Assembly: GCA_050575255.1 (NCBI GenBank)
Contig: JBNZDD010013728.1
Location: 7,040,676 to 7,104,675 of the forward strand
Length of the DNA stretch: 64,000 bases
Direction: 5' to 3'
From: Harriotta raleighana
Lineage: Eukaryota
The notes below the pieces were generated by a model. That model worked only from the letters and a program-made list of their open reading frames with translations, made no database searches and was not told the origin of the DNA. Positions 25,370-39,229 of this stretch are shown piece after piece; positions within the stretch are counted from its first letter, which is position 1; each line of letters opens with the position of its first letter. Position numbers and translations under genes: made by a program.

Positions 25370-28300
25370 AAAGCAAAACAAAGTGTTTAAAAGGCAGCTC
25401 GTTGTCCTAAAAATGTGTTATGGGAGATAATTTTATGAGCTGTGTGGAAACAAGAGACATTTCACATTCTCTCAAGAAATGACAAGTTCACCAAAAGTAC
25501 AATGCAATTTTGCTGCAAAATGCACCGTCACTACACTTTACAATATATCCTGCTTTGAGATGCCATTTTAAGATGAAGGACATCATATCAAGGGATTCTA
25601 AGGATTATTATAATCATTCAGTCAGTAGCAAGAAGCACATTTGCTACTAGGAACACTCTTGGTGTTTAACATGATGATTGTAGAACCTTGAGATTTTGGA
25701 ACAGGCTAACCCTATTTGGTCCAGGAACTAAGTTTCCCCAAAAGGCCAACAATTCTCCAATAAATTTGATTCAATATCAAGCTGGCGTTCCTGATGAATA
25801 AGAAAATCCACATTGTGATGAAAATAATGAGCACCAGTATCAGCTCAATCAGCTAAAGCATTTTTCTTGAGTTGGCCAATTCCTTGTTATAAAAGAATAT
25901 TATGGCAAGTCGCTAGAGCATCTGAGGCTACGTGATGAAGCATCAAGTCACAATAAGTCCCCAAACCACCCAGTCAATATTATTGAATTCGTAAATGAAT
26001 GAACCTAAAACACAATGAAGCTATTTACCAATTTACCAGTAAACACATTTTATTAATAACAAAACAATTATAATCCTTGAATTTGACATTCCTTATTTCA
26101 CACGGGGGAGAAACATCTCAAACTGCTCCACAGGATTTACTGTCAATTTTATTGACTGTAGGCAAATGTGGTAGTCAATTTGTGCACAATAATGTCTCAC
26201 AAACAGCTTTGAAGTGAATCTCAAGATTTATTGAGTGATCCACTTACCACCAGCCTGGTCCACTGAAAGTTTTATACACAGCTTCCTAACTATAATCTGT
26301 TATACATTATGACATCTAATCAGAAATATTCAAACCTGCTACTTTATGAACAAAACAAACGGTACCTGAAGGGCAAATAAAACCCAGCAGAGGCATTTAC
26401 TATTCAAAACACTTCCTAAATATAGAGAGGATTAAACAATATTTTCATGGCCAAAACAGATGTCACTACAGAGAGGCTGAGTGCAAGAGTTGGATCCCAT
26501 GTACTGGATTAAACCAAAAACTCAGTTGGCAAACTACATATTTTCAACAATGTTGAGGTACTATTTTGAACAGAAAGCATTTTCCTTAGACTTTATATCT
26601 ACTTTAACTAATGAAAAATGAATATGACAAATGCTTTGGTACATCACCCTGATGTGAAAGGCACTATACGAGTATGAATTGTATTGTTATTGGATGCAAA
26701 GTGGAGACTATGGCATATATGCAGAGGTAACAGTATTCTACAGAGGTTTGTCGGTTTTAAATATTGAACAAGTTGTTAATTCCCAAGGTGCTTTATTTGG
26801 AGCTTGACTGGCTCTGCCAACTACAAAAATGGCCAAACTAAGTACTATATGGACTAAAATAGCCCTAAATTAATAAAGGGTTGTAAATTCCACAAATCAC
26901 ATTTGGCACAGTGCTACGATATTAATGAGTGCCAGCAGGTGTTGGGAAAGTGGAATACAATGAAAAGATCCACAACACAACAGAGATAGCACAACACACT
27001 GGAGATAATCACGTCACATGAATGCATGACTACCAAGCCCAAGGGAGTCACTGCAACAACAAAATAACAATAACAACAAAATTACATTTATAGAGTGCCT
27101 TTCACGTCGGGAGGACGTCCCAAAACGCTGCATCCTCAGATTTTTAGTAATCTGGTAAGATTGAAATCGTTTAAAATAGACTCCACACGCAGTATAAGTT
27201 TGAAAACAATATATAAAATATATAAAATACATACTGATTGACTTATTCATGATATTCAAAGGATGTTTGAGCAATTTTACTAGCTTTTTACCAAGCCCAG
27301 ACTGTTAGTGCAAATTGTAGCAAACAATCTATTCTGCACTCATCACCTAGCTACACAGCTGGAGAGCCTTAAGCAAATGTTATATTACACACATGCTTTG
27401 AATATTAGTCATTTACAATATGTAAAGGGGAAATGCCCTACTACTAGCCAGCGCCTATTTATTTTCACCTTCTGGTTCTTAATCCTAAATTATTTTCACA
27501 CCAGTTAGTCATTAAATTATACATAGACACTGAAAGTTAGTTCTAATATTAATTATCATTGCATTTGCTACTGCGCCTTTCATGTCTATAAGATGTCCTG
27601 AACCGCTTCACAGGATTTTACTGTGAAGTAGAAGGACTGTGTATTTGTAGGACAAATACTAACAATAAGTTAGTGAGAATAACTTAGTCTTTCACCATGA
27701 CAATATTCAACCAGTGCTTTCAAGTGGGCTGTCGGAATAATATTTCTACCACAGGAAATAGAGTGACTGCTGAACTCATGTTTAAAATTAGAAATTATCT
27801 CATATTTTTCGGGTCCACAAACTCTCTTTATACTTTAATGATGGCTGCTAGGCATACTGAAGGCTGTATAGTAAATAATAATACTTGCAATTGATATGGT
27901 GTCTTATCTCGTCAAAATAGCTCAAGTGCTTAATTCAGTGAGTTACTATGCTTGTAGGCCAGAATAGCAAAGTCTCTAAGCAAAGCATAATTGCTGACCT
28001 GTCTCACAAAAGCCCAGAGGCAACTATTGTTTTGAGAGCAGTGTACGCCCTCTTATTACTGAATGAAATAAATCAATGTAATATATATCAAATGTAAAGT
28101 TTATTATTATTATATGTATTCAAAATTACTCCAAATGGAAAGGTTCTTGAATGTGTGAAAGCTTCTTCAATCCAGTCTATCTGCAGAACATTCTTTACGA
28201 TAAATAAGCAATCGCATTGAGTAGGTTCTTTTGAGAAACTACTCAATAAAAATGAGTGACCGACAAAGTTCTAATTTTGCTTGTGTAAAAAAAAACCTGG

Positions 28301-29959
28301 TAAAATATAATGTAATTTCACAACACGGCGTGTTGCAGATTACTATAAATGATGCAGTGACAATAATAACCACACAAGGAATTCTAGATGCCAACTCAAA
28401 AGTGTAGTTGGGCCACAGGCTCAGTGTATTAAAATATACTGCATAAATGTTTCATGTATTTTATGTTTATTTTAATAATGTTCAGCAATCAGTTGAAGGA
28501 AAAAGTTTTTTCAGTTTATAAAAGTACCCTCTGAAAAAGAACTTGTTAATCTTCAAATGCACTTTACAAGAACAAGTTTCTGTTACATCTACGTAGGTTT
28601 CATCTAATTGCATACAAACTATTTTTAAATCATCATGCACACAATCTGACTCAGACTCTGATCACCTACCTATTGTAAAAGGCTCAGGAGTTTTATTGTC
28701 TGTTCAAATACCCTGACCCATGATGTGCACATGGTATAGTAATAAGCATAACATCAGGTTCAATGAAGTCATCATTGTGAACAAGAATTCATCTTTCTCC
28801 ATCTCTCGCAAAATGTTCTAAGGATCCATCAATGTCTTTTTGTCAGAGATACAGCTGTAATGGTTGAATGATTTTAGAACCAACTCTCACTTACAGCTCC
28901 AAAAATAAAGCCTGCTGTACTTGATTTGCATTCTGTTAAAAGCATACATTTTGTAGAAAGAGTGACCTGTGGAAATTATTATTCCACTCCAGAAAGTATG
29001 ATTATTGAGCAAATGTTCCCAAACATGATTATGCTTTGGCATAAATGCCAGCCATTATGTTTGTTTCACCCAGGTTATTTACAGACTGTAGATAAGCTTC
29101 TATAAGAGAGAAAGATGTACATGTCACCATACCATGTAAAGAATGTCTGCAAATTTTGACAAATGATGTACGGTCTAGAAATTCCAACAAAGAAATTACC
29201 TAATGCTTTATGTCAGCATATCTAACCAAAAGTAAATGAACCTTTCTGAATCCATCAGCTTAAAAGCAAATGTATTGGCATGGATATTAACACTAGACAA
29301 TAGAAATAAAATGCATAAATTGTTGGCTTATAATATTGTACAGCAGAAAAGGACATACATAAAATAAAATTTGAAAGCACTGGGGTGAAAAAAATGAGTA
29401 TCATGATTTGCTTATATTGCTTTCAACAGAATATATTTTGGGATGTTACAATTGTAATTTTCTGCTGAGAGAAAAATTGGAGTTTAGGCTGAATTTCTGG
29501 CAAGACTTTGAAGAAATATTTTTGTGGTGTTGAAATATACTGATTTAAACATGGTATTAAATTGTGCAGGATGAGAAAAGAAATTACAATTTTACAGTCC
29601 ATGTTGAAACATCTCAAAGTTTTCACTGCAATTATTGTCAAGCCACGATTGATGATAACCAGCTAGCCTGGCTTGTCAGTGAGACTTGCAGGAGCAAGGA
29701 TTTGAAGAAATAATATTCCTAATAAAAATCTTTTCATTTGATATGGCGGCATTCATATCAGGAGGGCGTCTCAAAGCACTTCAAAGGCTGTACTGTAAAT
29801 TGTACTATCAGGCAAATGCCTCCTCGGATTAATATCTCACCTGAAAGACAGCACTTGCAACAATACAGCAACCCCCCAACTCTCCAGTAAGCTCTCTGGG
29901 ACGCTACCCCAAGTGAAGACTGCAGCTTCAAGTCCCACATCGGGTATATAAATGCAAGT

Positions 29960-30418
29960 TGCTGTTGTTGCATTGGAATGCCTATGTGAATAGCCAAACC
30001 GCACTGCACTTCCTTGCCACACTGCACTCTCAGAGCAGATCGACTTCAAGGTCCTCACTCTTGTGTTTAAATCCCTCCATTCCTCTGCACCCCCTTACCT
30101 TTCTAACCTCCTCTCTCCTCAAAGCAGTATCCACTCCCTCCGCTCTACTGGGTTCGGTCTTCTTCTCATCCCTCAAATCCTCTGCTCCACCATTTGCGAC
30201 CATGCTTTCAGCCATTGTACCCTGAAACTTTGGAACTTTCTCCCTCAACCCCTTCATCTTGCCCCCTCTTTTGCCATCTTCAGGTTGCACCTGCAGATCT
30301 TTCCCTTTGACCCCGCTTACCCTCTCCACCAGCCTTAGCCTCAGGCTCTGCCATTGTGAAGCTGAGACACCACCCAGTGTGGAGAGCGCTATGTAAATGC
30401 AAGTTGTTGTTGTTGTTG
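29960..30418 (+). mobile_element. L2 LINE 3' fragment
   Basis: Encodes a QIDFKVLTLVFKSLHSSAPPYLSNLL-like L2 C-terminus and ends in aatgcaagttgttgttgttg. Confidence 0.75.
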
Positions 30419-30924
30419 GCCAATCAGGTCTTCTTAACCCACTCAGATCTTCCCAATCAGGTCTTGTTAACCCTCTAAACTAAAGCCCTGATGGGTAAAA
30501 TGGTTCTGGCTGGATATGCAGTGGGAAGCTTTCCAGATAGTGTACAATGGTAATGATAAATGACCAAACTCCTACTGAACTCCAATGCAAACTCCGGAAT
30601 CCCTAAGACTTGGTTCTTGCCCAACTGTGCCTCATACTTTACAAACTTTGGCAACGTTGCACATTTTATTTCAGACACAAGAAAATTCCTTGATTTGGAT
30701 GCCGTTAACAGATTTCCAAGTGGCTGATCAAAATTTTGTTCAAGTGTAGTGACAGCATTTGTGTCAGCAAATATAGTAGCCATTTTGTTTGCAGAGCAAA
30801 CATTCACAAATCATCCAGGAGGCTGTTGTCAAGAAATCAGGAGACATGTGCTCTTTTTTCTAAGTATCTCAGGATTTTTACAGTTCACTTGAGTTCCAAT
30901 AATACAATCATCCAACTGGAATGC

Positions 30925-31337
30925 CTATATTTTCACCTGCTCCATGTCTCTCACCCAATCTGCTCTACCATCGGCTGCAGAGTTTTCACCTTCTCTACCC
31001 CTATGCTTAGGAACCATCCCACAATCCCTTTTCCTTGCTCCCTCCCTTGTCTCCTTCAAGGCTGGTCTCAAGACCCTCTTCTTCAACCGTGTCTTCAGCC
31101 GCCCTCCTACCTCTCTGTCCTCCCTCATCCCAACCACACCCCACCCCCATGCTCGAGTCCAGACGCCTGACTGTTCAGCCCCTTGGGACGTCCTCCCGAC
31201 GTGAAAGGCTCTCTACAAATGTAATTTTGTTGTTGTTGTATTGCTACAAATGTTACCAAAACAATGACTGTCCACCACCTTGTGAACGTCCTCCTTACGT
31301 GCAAGGCACTATACAAGTGTAATTTTGTTGTTGTTGT
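30925..31337 (+). mobile_element. L2 LINE 3' fragment followed by a second short L2 tail
   Basis: ccttgggacgtcctcccgacgtgaaaggctctctacaaatgtaattttgttgttg, then a second tail at about 31278-31337. Confidence 0.75.
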
Positions 31338-34189
31338 ACATGCAGAACATCTAGCAGTATTGAGGGCAGCTTTTTAGTAGAGGTTTATCTACTTTTTGTT
31401 TTTAACTTGTGTTTGATTGGTCCAAATCATTCTCCCTTCTGAGAAATATTACAAAATTGGTTCAGATGAAGAAGGCCCTTCAGCCTATTCAACCATTAGA
31501 TGAATACCACTATTCTCCCATCCAAGCATCAAACTCTTCCTTAAAACTCTATGGGTCAGACCTTCTCTGCCTCTTTTGTTTCCAAAGTTTCACTAACATG
31601 CTGTCAGAATCTTGCCAACAGGTGTCTCTCTATTTCATACTGTACTTTGAAATTTCATAGGCTAAGCAGACAGTATTTGGGGTAACGGGAGGAATACAAT
31701 GTTACATTATCACAGGTGCAATCCTTTGGATGAGATGTTAAACGGGGGTCCCATCTATCGCTGTTTACAGTCAGTTAATTTGGGATATCACCTCATCAAA
31801 AATGAGGTTGCCTCACTAAATGGAACAATTTCAACGACAGAAAAGATGAATCATACAAAACATATATCTGGGGAAACATTTATAGGTCAAACTAACCAGT
31901 GTCTCTGAAGAACACTGTGTGAGGAGGTTTGAACAGATCAGAGAGTCGATTATCTAACATGCATACCTCAATTTCAATCAATTCCATTGCATAACCTATG
32001 GCAATGGAAGTAACATGCACCTGAATATTTTTTTGACACCAGATCTTTCAAAGTTCCGGATAGAGAATATATTTATATTGTGCTCTCACAATATTCTCTG
32101 ACATTGTTCTCTCAATGACCAGTTATAATCAAGACATGGCCAAGGCCCAATCCTTCCATGCCCCTGTTCTCTGCAATCCTTCCCAAAAAACCTGTACCTT
32201 CCCCCTCCCGCCTTCAAAACAAGCTCAATTGGTAGAACTCATTCTGAGTCAGAAGACTGTGGGTTCAAGTCCCACATCAGACCTTTGAAGTCATATTGTC
32301 TAGGCTGACCCTTCAGTACAGCGCGTGGAGGGGAAAGGAATATCTCACATTTTGATTGTGGTGGCTGGGGTTACAAATGAGTCCGTTCCTATCTTCGTTC
32401 AAAATCTACACCCATGCATTTTTCAGAAAGGGGCATTGGATAACAATCAAGAGTGGGATGATTTCTCACCAATCCCTAACCCAGCAATTGCACAGCACTC
32501 CAAATTGTTGCATTGCCTGAAAACCGTTAACCTCAGCAGACTCAGAATGCAACCTGCAACCTTCTGGTCTGTAAGCTTATGACAGTGCCATTGCCCATTC
32601 GGCCATCAAAAGAGCACCATGTCTGACACAGTTCATGTGATAGCCTTTAAGATAGGGACAGAGGTGACAAATTCCCTAAAGATAGCGCCTACACAGTGTG
32701 CAGCTCCTGGTTTTGTGAGACGGCTGCTAAATATTCTAAATGTGTTAACCCTATGGCGGATTTCAATTACCAATTCTCCATTACCATTTAATCGTTCAAA
32801 GCGTTTTAAATATCCAAAAGCCACACAGTTAGACTAGATAGTCCTAAAAGCTATATTAATAGATCATACTTAGCTAATACTGATACCCCAGAACTGAAGT
32901 TGATAGGGTGTTAATGAATACTTTGCTGGGTTTATGCTGAAGTAGAGAAGTGAGGGCTGATTGAAGCACTTCATTGCAATTTATTCCTAAAAAACACTCA
33001 TTCAGTCCTCATTCAAACATAAGCACACTAGAATAGTTATTACCACCATAAGATGACATTAGTTGGTAAAGTATAAACATTTATAAAGAACATGATTCAT
33101 ATTTAAATATTGCAATTTTTATTTGCTGCAAATAAACAAAATCTAACGATGTGAATGTAATACTGAAAGTGGGCGGAATCTAATAGCAATAAATGTTACA
33201 AACAGTTGAACTGAAAGAGTTCAAATGCAATGTCAGCCATATCTTCAATATCATTAAAACGTAGCTGCTAAAGTAATCGGAATCACATTACACTAACCTA
33301 TGGGAACTCTGCTCCAATATGCCTCAGCTTCCCCTCCCGCTTCCTACAAGACCAATAACCTTGTGCTCATCATTACTATCCCAGTAAACCAATACTACTG
33401 ATCTGATGCTGAATAGGTGCTTTTTTATGTCACGTGCTTCTATGTCATTTCTTCTGCTCCTTGAAGTTATACACTTGTACATAGATATATACAGACATTT
33501 TTGACCTGGACCAAATACGACAATACCCTGGTGTTCTACAATAATAATTATTATTGTGTTCTATCAACTACATTGTTTCATACCTTGGTTGTGAAACTTA
33601 GCATCACAAAACAAGGTGAATTTCATGCTTCAAGGTGTAATTAAGAAACTGCTCCTCATGTTCCAGACAATCGTCATTTCCAACCTGATTCAGATACACC
33701 GGCACTGCCTGGGGTTTTCATGCTTCAAACCCGCTGAGATCTGCTATTCTAGAAGCAGCATTCGAGTCCAGCAGGAGAAAGAAACTGATGCGAGTCAGTT
33801 GGTGTGCTCCTCTACAGCACTCAGATGTTGATGATAATAATAATAATCATAATTCCTGCAGTTGATATACTACCTTTCACATCACTGAAACATCTTAAAG
33901 CGCTTCACAGGATTTTACCAAAAACTATAGTGACTGTGTGTGTTTTTAGGCTGACTGTATCAGTTTGCTGAATCTGTGGAAGGGAGGGCACATGAAAATC
34001 AAAGATTTACTGATATTCTTGAATTATGAGCTTCGGGATTTCCTTCCGATTTGAATGGTCTAATTAATGCAAGTTGGTTTGTATTGTATTGAATTGGTGC
34101 AGAGATAGTGATCTGAAGGATGGTGTGTTGGTACTTGTCAACAAAGAGCACAAAATTGATGGCTTCTCATTATTTGTTGTTTATTTATG

Positions 34190-34490
34190 TTTAGCTTGAC
34201 TCAGTTGGTAGCACTCTGACTTTTGAATTGGAAGCTTATGTGTTCTTGCACATTGGGATTCTGAACTCATAGACTTGGCTGACACTCCAGTCCATTGGTG
34301 ACGGAGCACTGCACTGCATCGGAGATGCTGTCCTTCAGATGAGACGTTAAACTGAGGTCCCATCAGATGGACGGTACCTCGTTTGCCTACAATACATACT
34401 CATTCCACTTCACAGTAAAGCCCTGTGAAGTGCTGCGAGATTACCTCCTGATATGAAATGAACTATATCAAATGGAAGGATTATTATTAT
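34190..34490 (+). mobile_element. Older Deu-type SINE, family 2 (SacSINE1-like; name tentative)
   Basis: ctcagttggtagcactct head, ggctgacactccagt and cagatgagacgttaaactgaggtccc. Confidence 0.65.
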
Positions 34491-34994
34491 AATCATGATG
34501 ACTAATGTAAACCAGAAATATAGGGTTAATTTTAGGACATTCCTAAAACATATCATCGGGAATACTTAAGGAACTGTAATAGTACTGCTGGTAAAAAGGC
34601 TTTGCGACATCCTCCTCAGATGAAAGGCACTATTTAAATGTAAATTTTTATTGTAAATGTGAGAAACTGACGTTCATGACACGTTTGGCATTGAATAATT
34701 CCTCCATTCCCCCCACACACATTTTTAAAAACTTAGCAAGGAGCCAAAGGACACCACAGTATCTGGCAACAGGTCCAAAACCACTGCTCCCGGGGACAGG
34801 ATTAAAGGCTTTGCTCACTTAAAAATAGCGAGGCACGACCGTGGGAGTCTTTATTCCTTCCCTCCAGCAGCAGCAATTTTTTTGACCAGTCTTAAAAATA
34901 AATATAAATGAAGAGACCTTCAGGAATCAATTCCATGCCCTCCAGCCCTCGCTAAGTTACAATAAAAAAGCTGCCAAATTAAATCTCCTGTTAC

Positions 34995-35250
34995 CATCTA
35001 GGAGAAGAACAGCAATATCATGGGTACATCAACACCTTCAAGTACCCCCTCAAGGCACTCACCATCCTGACGTAGATATACACAGACCTGCATTGTCGCT
35101 GGGTCAAAATCCTGGAACTCCCTGCTCAATACCACTAAAATGGTACTCCGACAATGATGCATACCGTAACATTATCGCCAGAAGGACTGCGAAGGCTTAA
35201 AGAGAAAGCTCCACCACCATCACCTTCTCAGGGTAACTCAGGCTATGGTG
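34995..35250 (+). mobile_element. Non-LTR retrotransposon 3' end (clade uncertain)
   Basis: gctgggtcaaaatcctggaactccctg (WNSL motif) and caccttctcagggtaa, a LINE end I recognise from shark genomes. Confidence 0.5.
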
Positions 35251-35512
35251 GCCGAAACATGTCCATTTTCAGGGTCACGCACATTTTGTTTGAAAAATGT
35301 ATATCGCAATTTCCCCCCTCCAATGTTTCCACAAAAACAGTTTGCAGCAGAATTTACAATACAATACAATTAACATATATATATATATATACATGTAAGC
35401 TCATTGACAGCTCCGATTCTACATATATACAGTATATGCTGTACATATAGTGCCTTTCGTGTTGGGAGGATTTCTCAAAGTGCTTAACACTGCCTTACAG
35501 AAAATGTCTTAC

Positions 35513-37838
35513 CTAAACATGGCAATGGCAACCGTGTGTCCTCCTCCTCCGCCAGGGTCTGTAACCGATCCTCTGATAGGATCTGTGTGCACTCTTTTGT
35601 CAGAATTTGTTCTTCTCCCTCTGAAGGGGTCTGTGAGAGCTCCTCTGATAGCTTCTGTGTACTCTCCTCTGATAGCACCTGTGTTTCCTTCCCTGATAGA
35701 GTTTGTGCCCTCTCCTCTGAAGCAATCTGTGTACTCTCAGCTGATGGGATCGGTTCTCCTTCCTTTGATATAGTCTGTGCCCTCTCCTCTAATAGAGTCT
35801 GTGTACTATTCTCTAATAGAATCCTCTCCTCTGATAGAGTCTGTGTCCTCTCCTCTAATGGGATCTGTGCTCCTTCCTCTGATAGCGTCTGTGCACCTTC
35901 CTCCAATAGGGTTTGTGAACGCTCCTCTAATATGATTTGTGCTATATCATCTGAAGGTATATGCGGACCATCCTCAGAGCTGTCAATGCCTTCTTCCCCA
36001 AGCCCTGGAACGGAAGCAGATCTCGGGGTGCTGGGTCTACTGGTTGAACTGGAGTCCACCTCGCTGGTGGAGCCACGCCTACCAACCTGGGATGTCTGTC
36101 CACCTTTGCATGTCCTCTTCCTGTTCTTTCTGTGGACCCTTGAGTGGAGTACAACCTGGTGGTAAGTTCTGAACACCTTGCCACACTCAAAACACTCAGT
36201 GCTTTTATTCTGTGATGACGTCTGGCTCTGACGAGATGGAGGTCTAAAATCTGTGCCATTTTTGGCATCCACAGAGCTACCTCTGTGTGGCAATGAGCTG
36301 TCTTTTTCATACAGGTTACTTGTCTTACTACGCTTTTTCGGGTAGCCTGTGCTGTGACCATCTTGTTCCCCTTTCCGCTTCTCAGCAGCCATGCACTCTC
36401 CTTCCTCTTTGTCATGAGTAATATCTGAAACTTGAAGTATACCATTCAGCCTTGCATACTCGGTGACTTCTGCTACTTTTCCTTTGGTGGCCAAATGCCA
36501 AGCCTGATGGCTACTAACTGGGTCAAGCTCAGCTATTCCCTTTGCAGAAAGTCGTCTTGTAATGTTGTCCGATGTCACAGACGGCCTGAGATTCAGGCAC
36601 CTCAGGAAATATTCTTTTGTGGTTGCGGTTTCATTGCCTCTGTTAACTGACGTCTCTCTTTTAGACTTTGATTTTCCTCCAAGCGAAGTTTCAGTTGTTC
36701 TGTAGTGCAGTTTGTCATGCTCTCTTAAGCTTTCTTTATTTGGAAACAGATAGCCACATTTCATACAGATTTTATACTGTGAAAAGACATGGCCGATTGT
36801 GTCCTCCTGAACCACATCATTGATGGTGGCCGTATTCTCCGCATCACTTTTACTAAATTTATTCTTGTTTGCACTCCTCGCCCCGTGCACTTTCATGTGG
36901 TTTTTGAGAAACCAAGATTCCTTAAACCTCCTTCCACAAACTTGGCAGCCATGTCCAAAGGAACCGTTGTGTTTTTTCATATGAGCTTTCAAGAACCATG
37001 ACTGGGAGAATGTCTGTCTGCATATTTCACACCTGTAGTCGTTCACAGTATGTTCACTTTTCATACTCTCGCCTTTGGTTTTTGCTGTTTCGACAGCGAT
37101 GTGGATCTTTTCTATGTGGCTCAGCAGTTTGTCCTCTCTCAACGTGATGTATTTGCACAGTCGGCACTTGTAGGACTTGTGCAGCAGCTGCACATGCTGC
37201 TCCAGCTCATCCTTCTTTCCAAACATCCCTTTACAGAAAGAGCACTGGAACGTCTCATTGCCATCAGCACTGAGCATTACCTTCTCCTTTTTCAGTCTTC
37301 GTAGAATGATCTTCCCGTTATCCATTTTTGTAACTCCATTTTGTACCTTATTGCAAGAGGACCTGCTTTTCATTGGGTTTGTGCACGAATTCAACTTCTC
37401 CGATACACTGACCTCCTCAAGCTTTTGCTCCCCAAAGTCATTCTCATGTCCCTCACTCAGGTCTCCCATTTTGTGGGTTCGGATGTGTATTTTCAGATTG
37501 CCTTTCTGGGAGGTTCTGTGGTCACAATACGGACACTTAAAGGGTTTTTCCCCTGTGTGAGTTCGCATGTGGACTGATAATACACTAAGAAAAGGAAAGC
37601 TCCTTTCACATGTTTGGCAAGTAAACTTTGGAGATTTCCTCTCATTTCCACCATTGCCGTTCAAATTCGCATCTTGTAATATATCAAGTTTCTCTGTCTC
37701 CATGTTTTGTACATCTGGATTATCGTTTTCATTCACCGCCATTGTCTTATTTCTTAAATATTTACTTGCTGTCCGCACAATACTTCCAGTGCAAGGCAAG
37801 AGTCTTTCTCCCTCCACTGCCTGTCCCTGTGAAGCCAT
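35513..37838 (-). CDS. ZNF516: Zinc finger protein 516 (ZNF217/219/516/536 family), first coding exon with 8 C2H2 fingers; full exon about 35513-37996
   Basis: Translation has CQTCERSFPFLSVLSVHMRTHTGEKPFKCPYCDHRTSQKGNLKIHIRTH, FSQSWFLKAHMKKH, ELDPVSSHQAWHLATKGKVAE and ECFECGKVFRTYHQVVLHSRVH, all recognisable ZNF516 segments. ATG is in strong context (GAGATGG). Acceptor tttcctttcaatataattctag lies 5' of 37996 and donor TTAG|GTAAGA follows 35513 (phase 1). Confidence 0.9.
35541..35942 (-). repeat. Coding 24-bp (8-aa) degenerate tandem repeat, 17 units, consensus about [AT]Q[TI]LSEE[RG]
   Basis: AQIILEER/SQTLLEEG/AQTLSEEG/AQIPLEER/TQTLSEER... gives 16 units of 8 aa plus one of 6 aa, 134 aa in frame. 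Confidence 0.9.
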
Positions 37839-39229
37839 CTCTAGTCACAAATGTGCCTTAAACTTCCACACAATTCATAGCTCCCTCGATGGTTGGCCAT
37901 CAGCCTTTATTTTAAAATATCGCTGTTTCGTTTCTGATTTCTTTACTGGATGGAGTCTGCTGGTCGAGGATTACTTTAAAAAGGAATAGCGGAAACCTAG
38001 AATTATATTGAAAGGAAAAAATGATTTTAAAAGAATGATTTAATAACATTGCTATTATAGATGTTAAATGTGATTAGAAGTTACTATGTTTCACAAAATA
38101 AATCCTCATCACGGTCTGGTGCATGTAAAAAATTGACTTGAATAACATTTGGATCTCAAAAGACTCATATATACTCACCACTGCAAACAAAGAAGGAGAA
38201 TTCACCGTTTTATGAATATTTACCTGCATTACTTCCAAGTCCTACAGCATACAAATCAAAACCAAACGTTCTAAAATGCACATAAAATAACACTGCTCTC
38301 CGAAAATGCCACAATTACCTTGTTCTAGGATGGTATAAACAGCCAACATTATATGCAATATTTATCAATCAGACAGACCTTTATTGCAACATATGAGTGG
38401 CACAGGTGAATCATCATATCACATTTGCCATTAAATAAATATCATTTTCTAAGGATGCCTAACATGCATCATCTATTTAACAATGCACGGATGGCAAGCT
38501 GATCCTTTACTGCTGACAGCAATATTATTACTTTTTGAAATCCATGATTATCTCTAATTCCTGAGAAACCCAAATGTCGCCATTGCTGCAGTCAAAGCCA
38601 CTTTGTGACCAGCTGACTGGTAGTATGTACACTTGCAGCAGAATGAGACAGGCAAACCTTATTATCTTCTGAGTCTCAACATGCTATCAAACTCCAGTTA
38701 GCAGATTATACCAGACTGGCTCAGTTGGTCGTACTCTCACCTCCAAGAAGGTTGTGGGTTCAAGCCATACTTCGGGAACTTTGAACTTGTGTATCTAGGC
38801 TCCAATACAGTGCTGGGGCTTTGCTGCGTTTTTACAGGTGTCTGTCAATACAGGTGAATGTTCAAGATTCTACGGCAGTATTCGAAAAGATAAGGGAGTT
38901 TCTTCTGGGGTCCTGGCCAACAATCTCCCAGATAAAATTGTTCATTCACCCTATGGCTGTTTATGGGACATTCCTGTGTGCATAATGTGTTTGACTACAA
39001 AATACACAGTCACTCCACAAATCCTCAATGTGAATCCTCAGTTTAGCACCTCATCTGAAGGATGGCACCGTTGACAATGCAGCTACCTCCCCACCCCCCA
39101 CTCCACATCTCCCACCGCCCCACTCCAGTGCTGTCACTGGAAGCCTTTTCCAGTTAAAGGACCAGAATTGGCTGTTTGTGATCCAGCTACATTCTTGTAG
39201 ATCACCAGTTAATTAATGCCCACAATATC

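Noticed and set aside
33584-33760. Possible missing zinc-finger exon in the intron (AG and GT sites present on the minus strand)
   Set aside because: The translation shows stops and no C-x2-C/H-x3-H pattern.
35536-36165. 209-aa antisense ORF over the octapeptide repeat
   Set aside because: It is a shadow of the repetitive sense codons, Ser-rich and without an ATG start or any independent gene signal.
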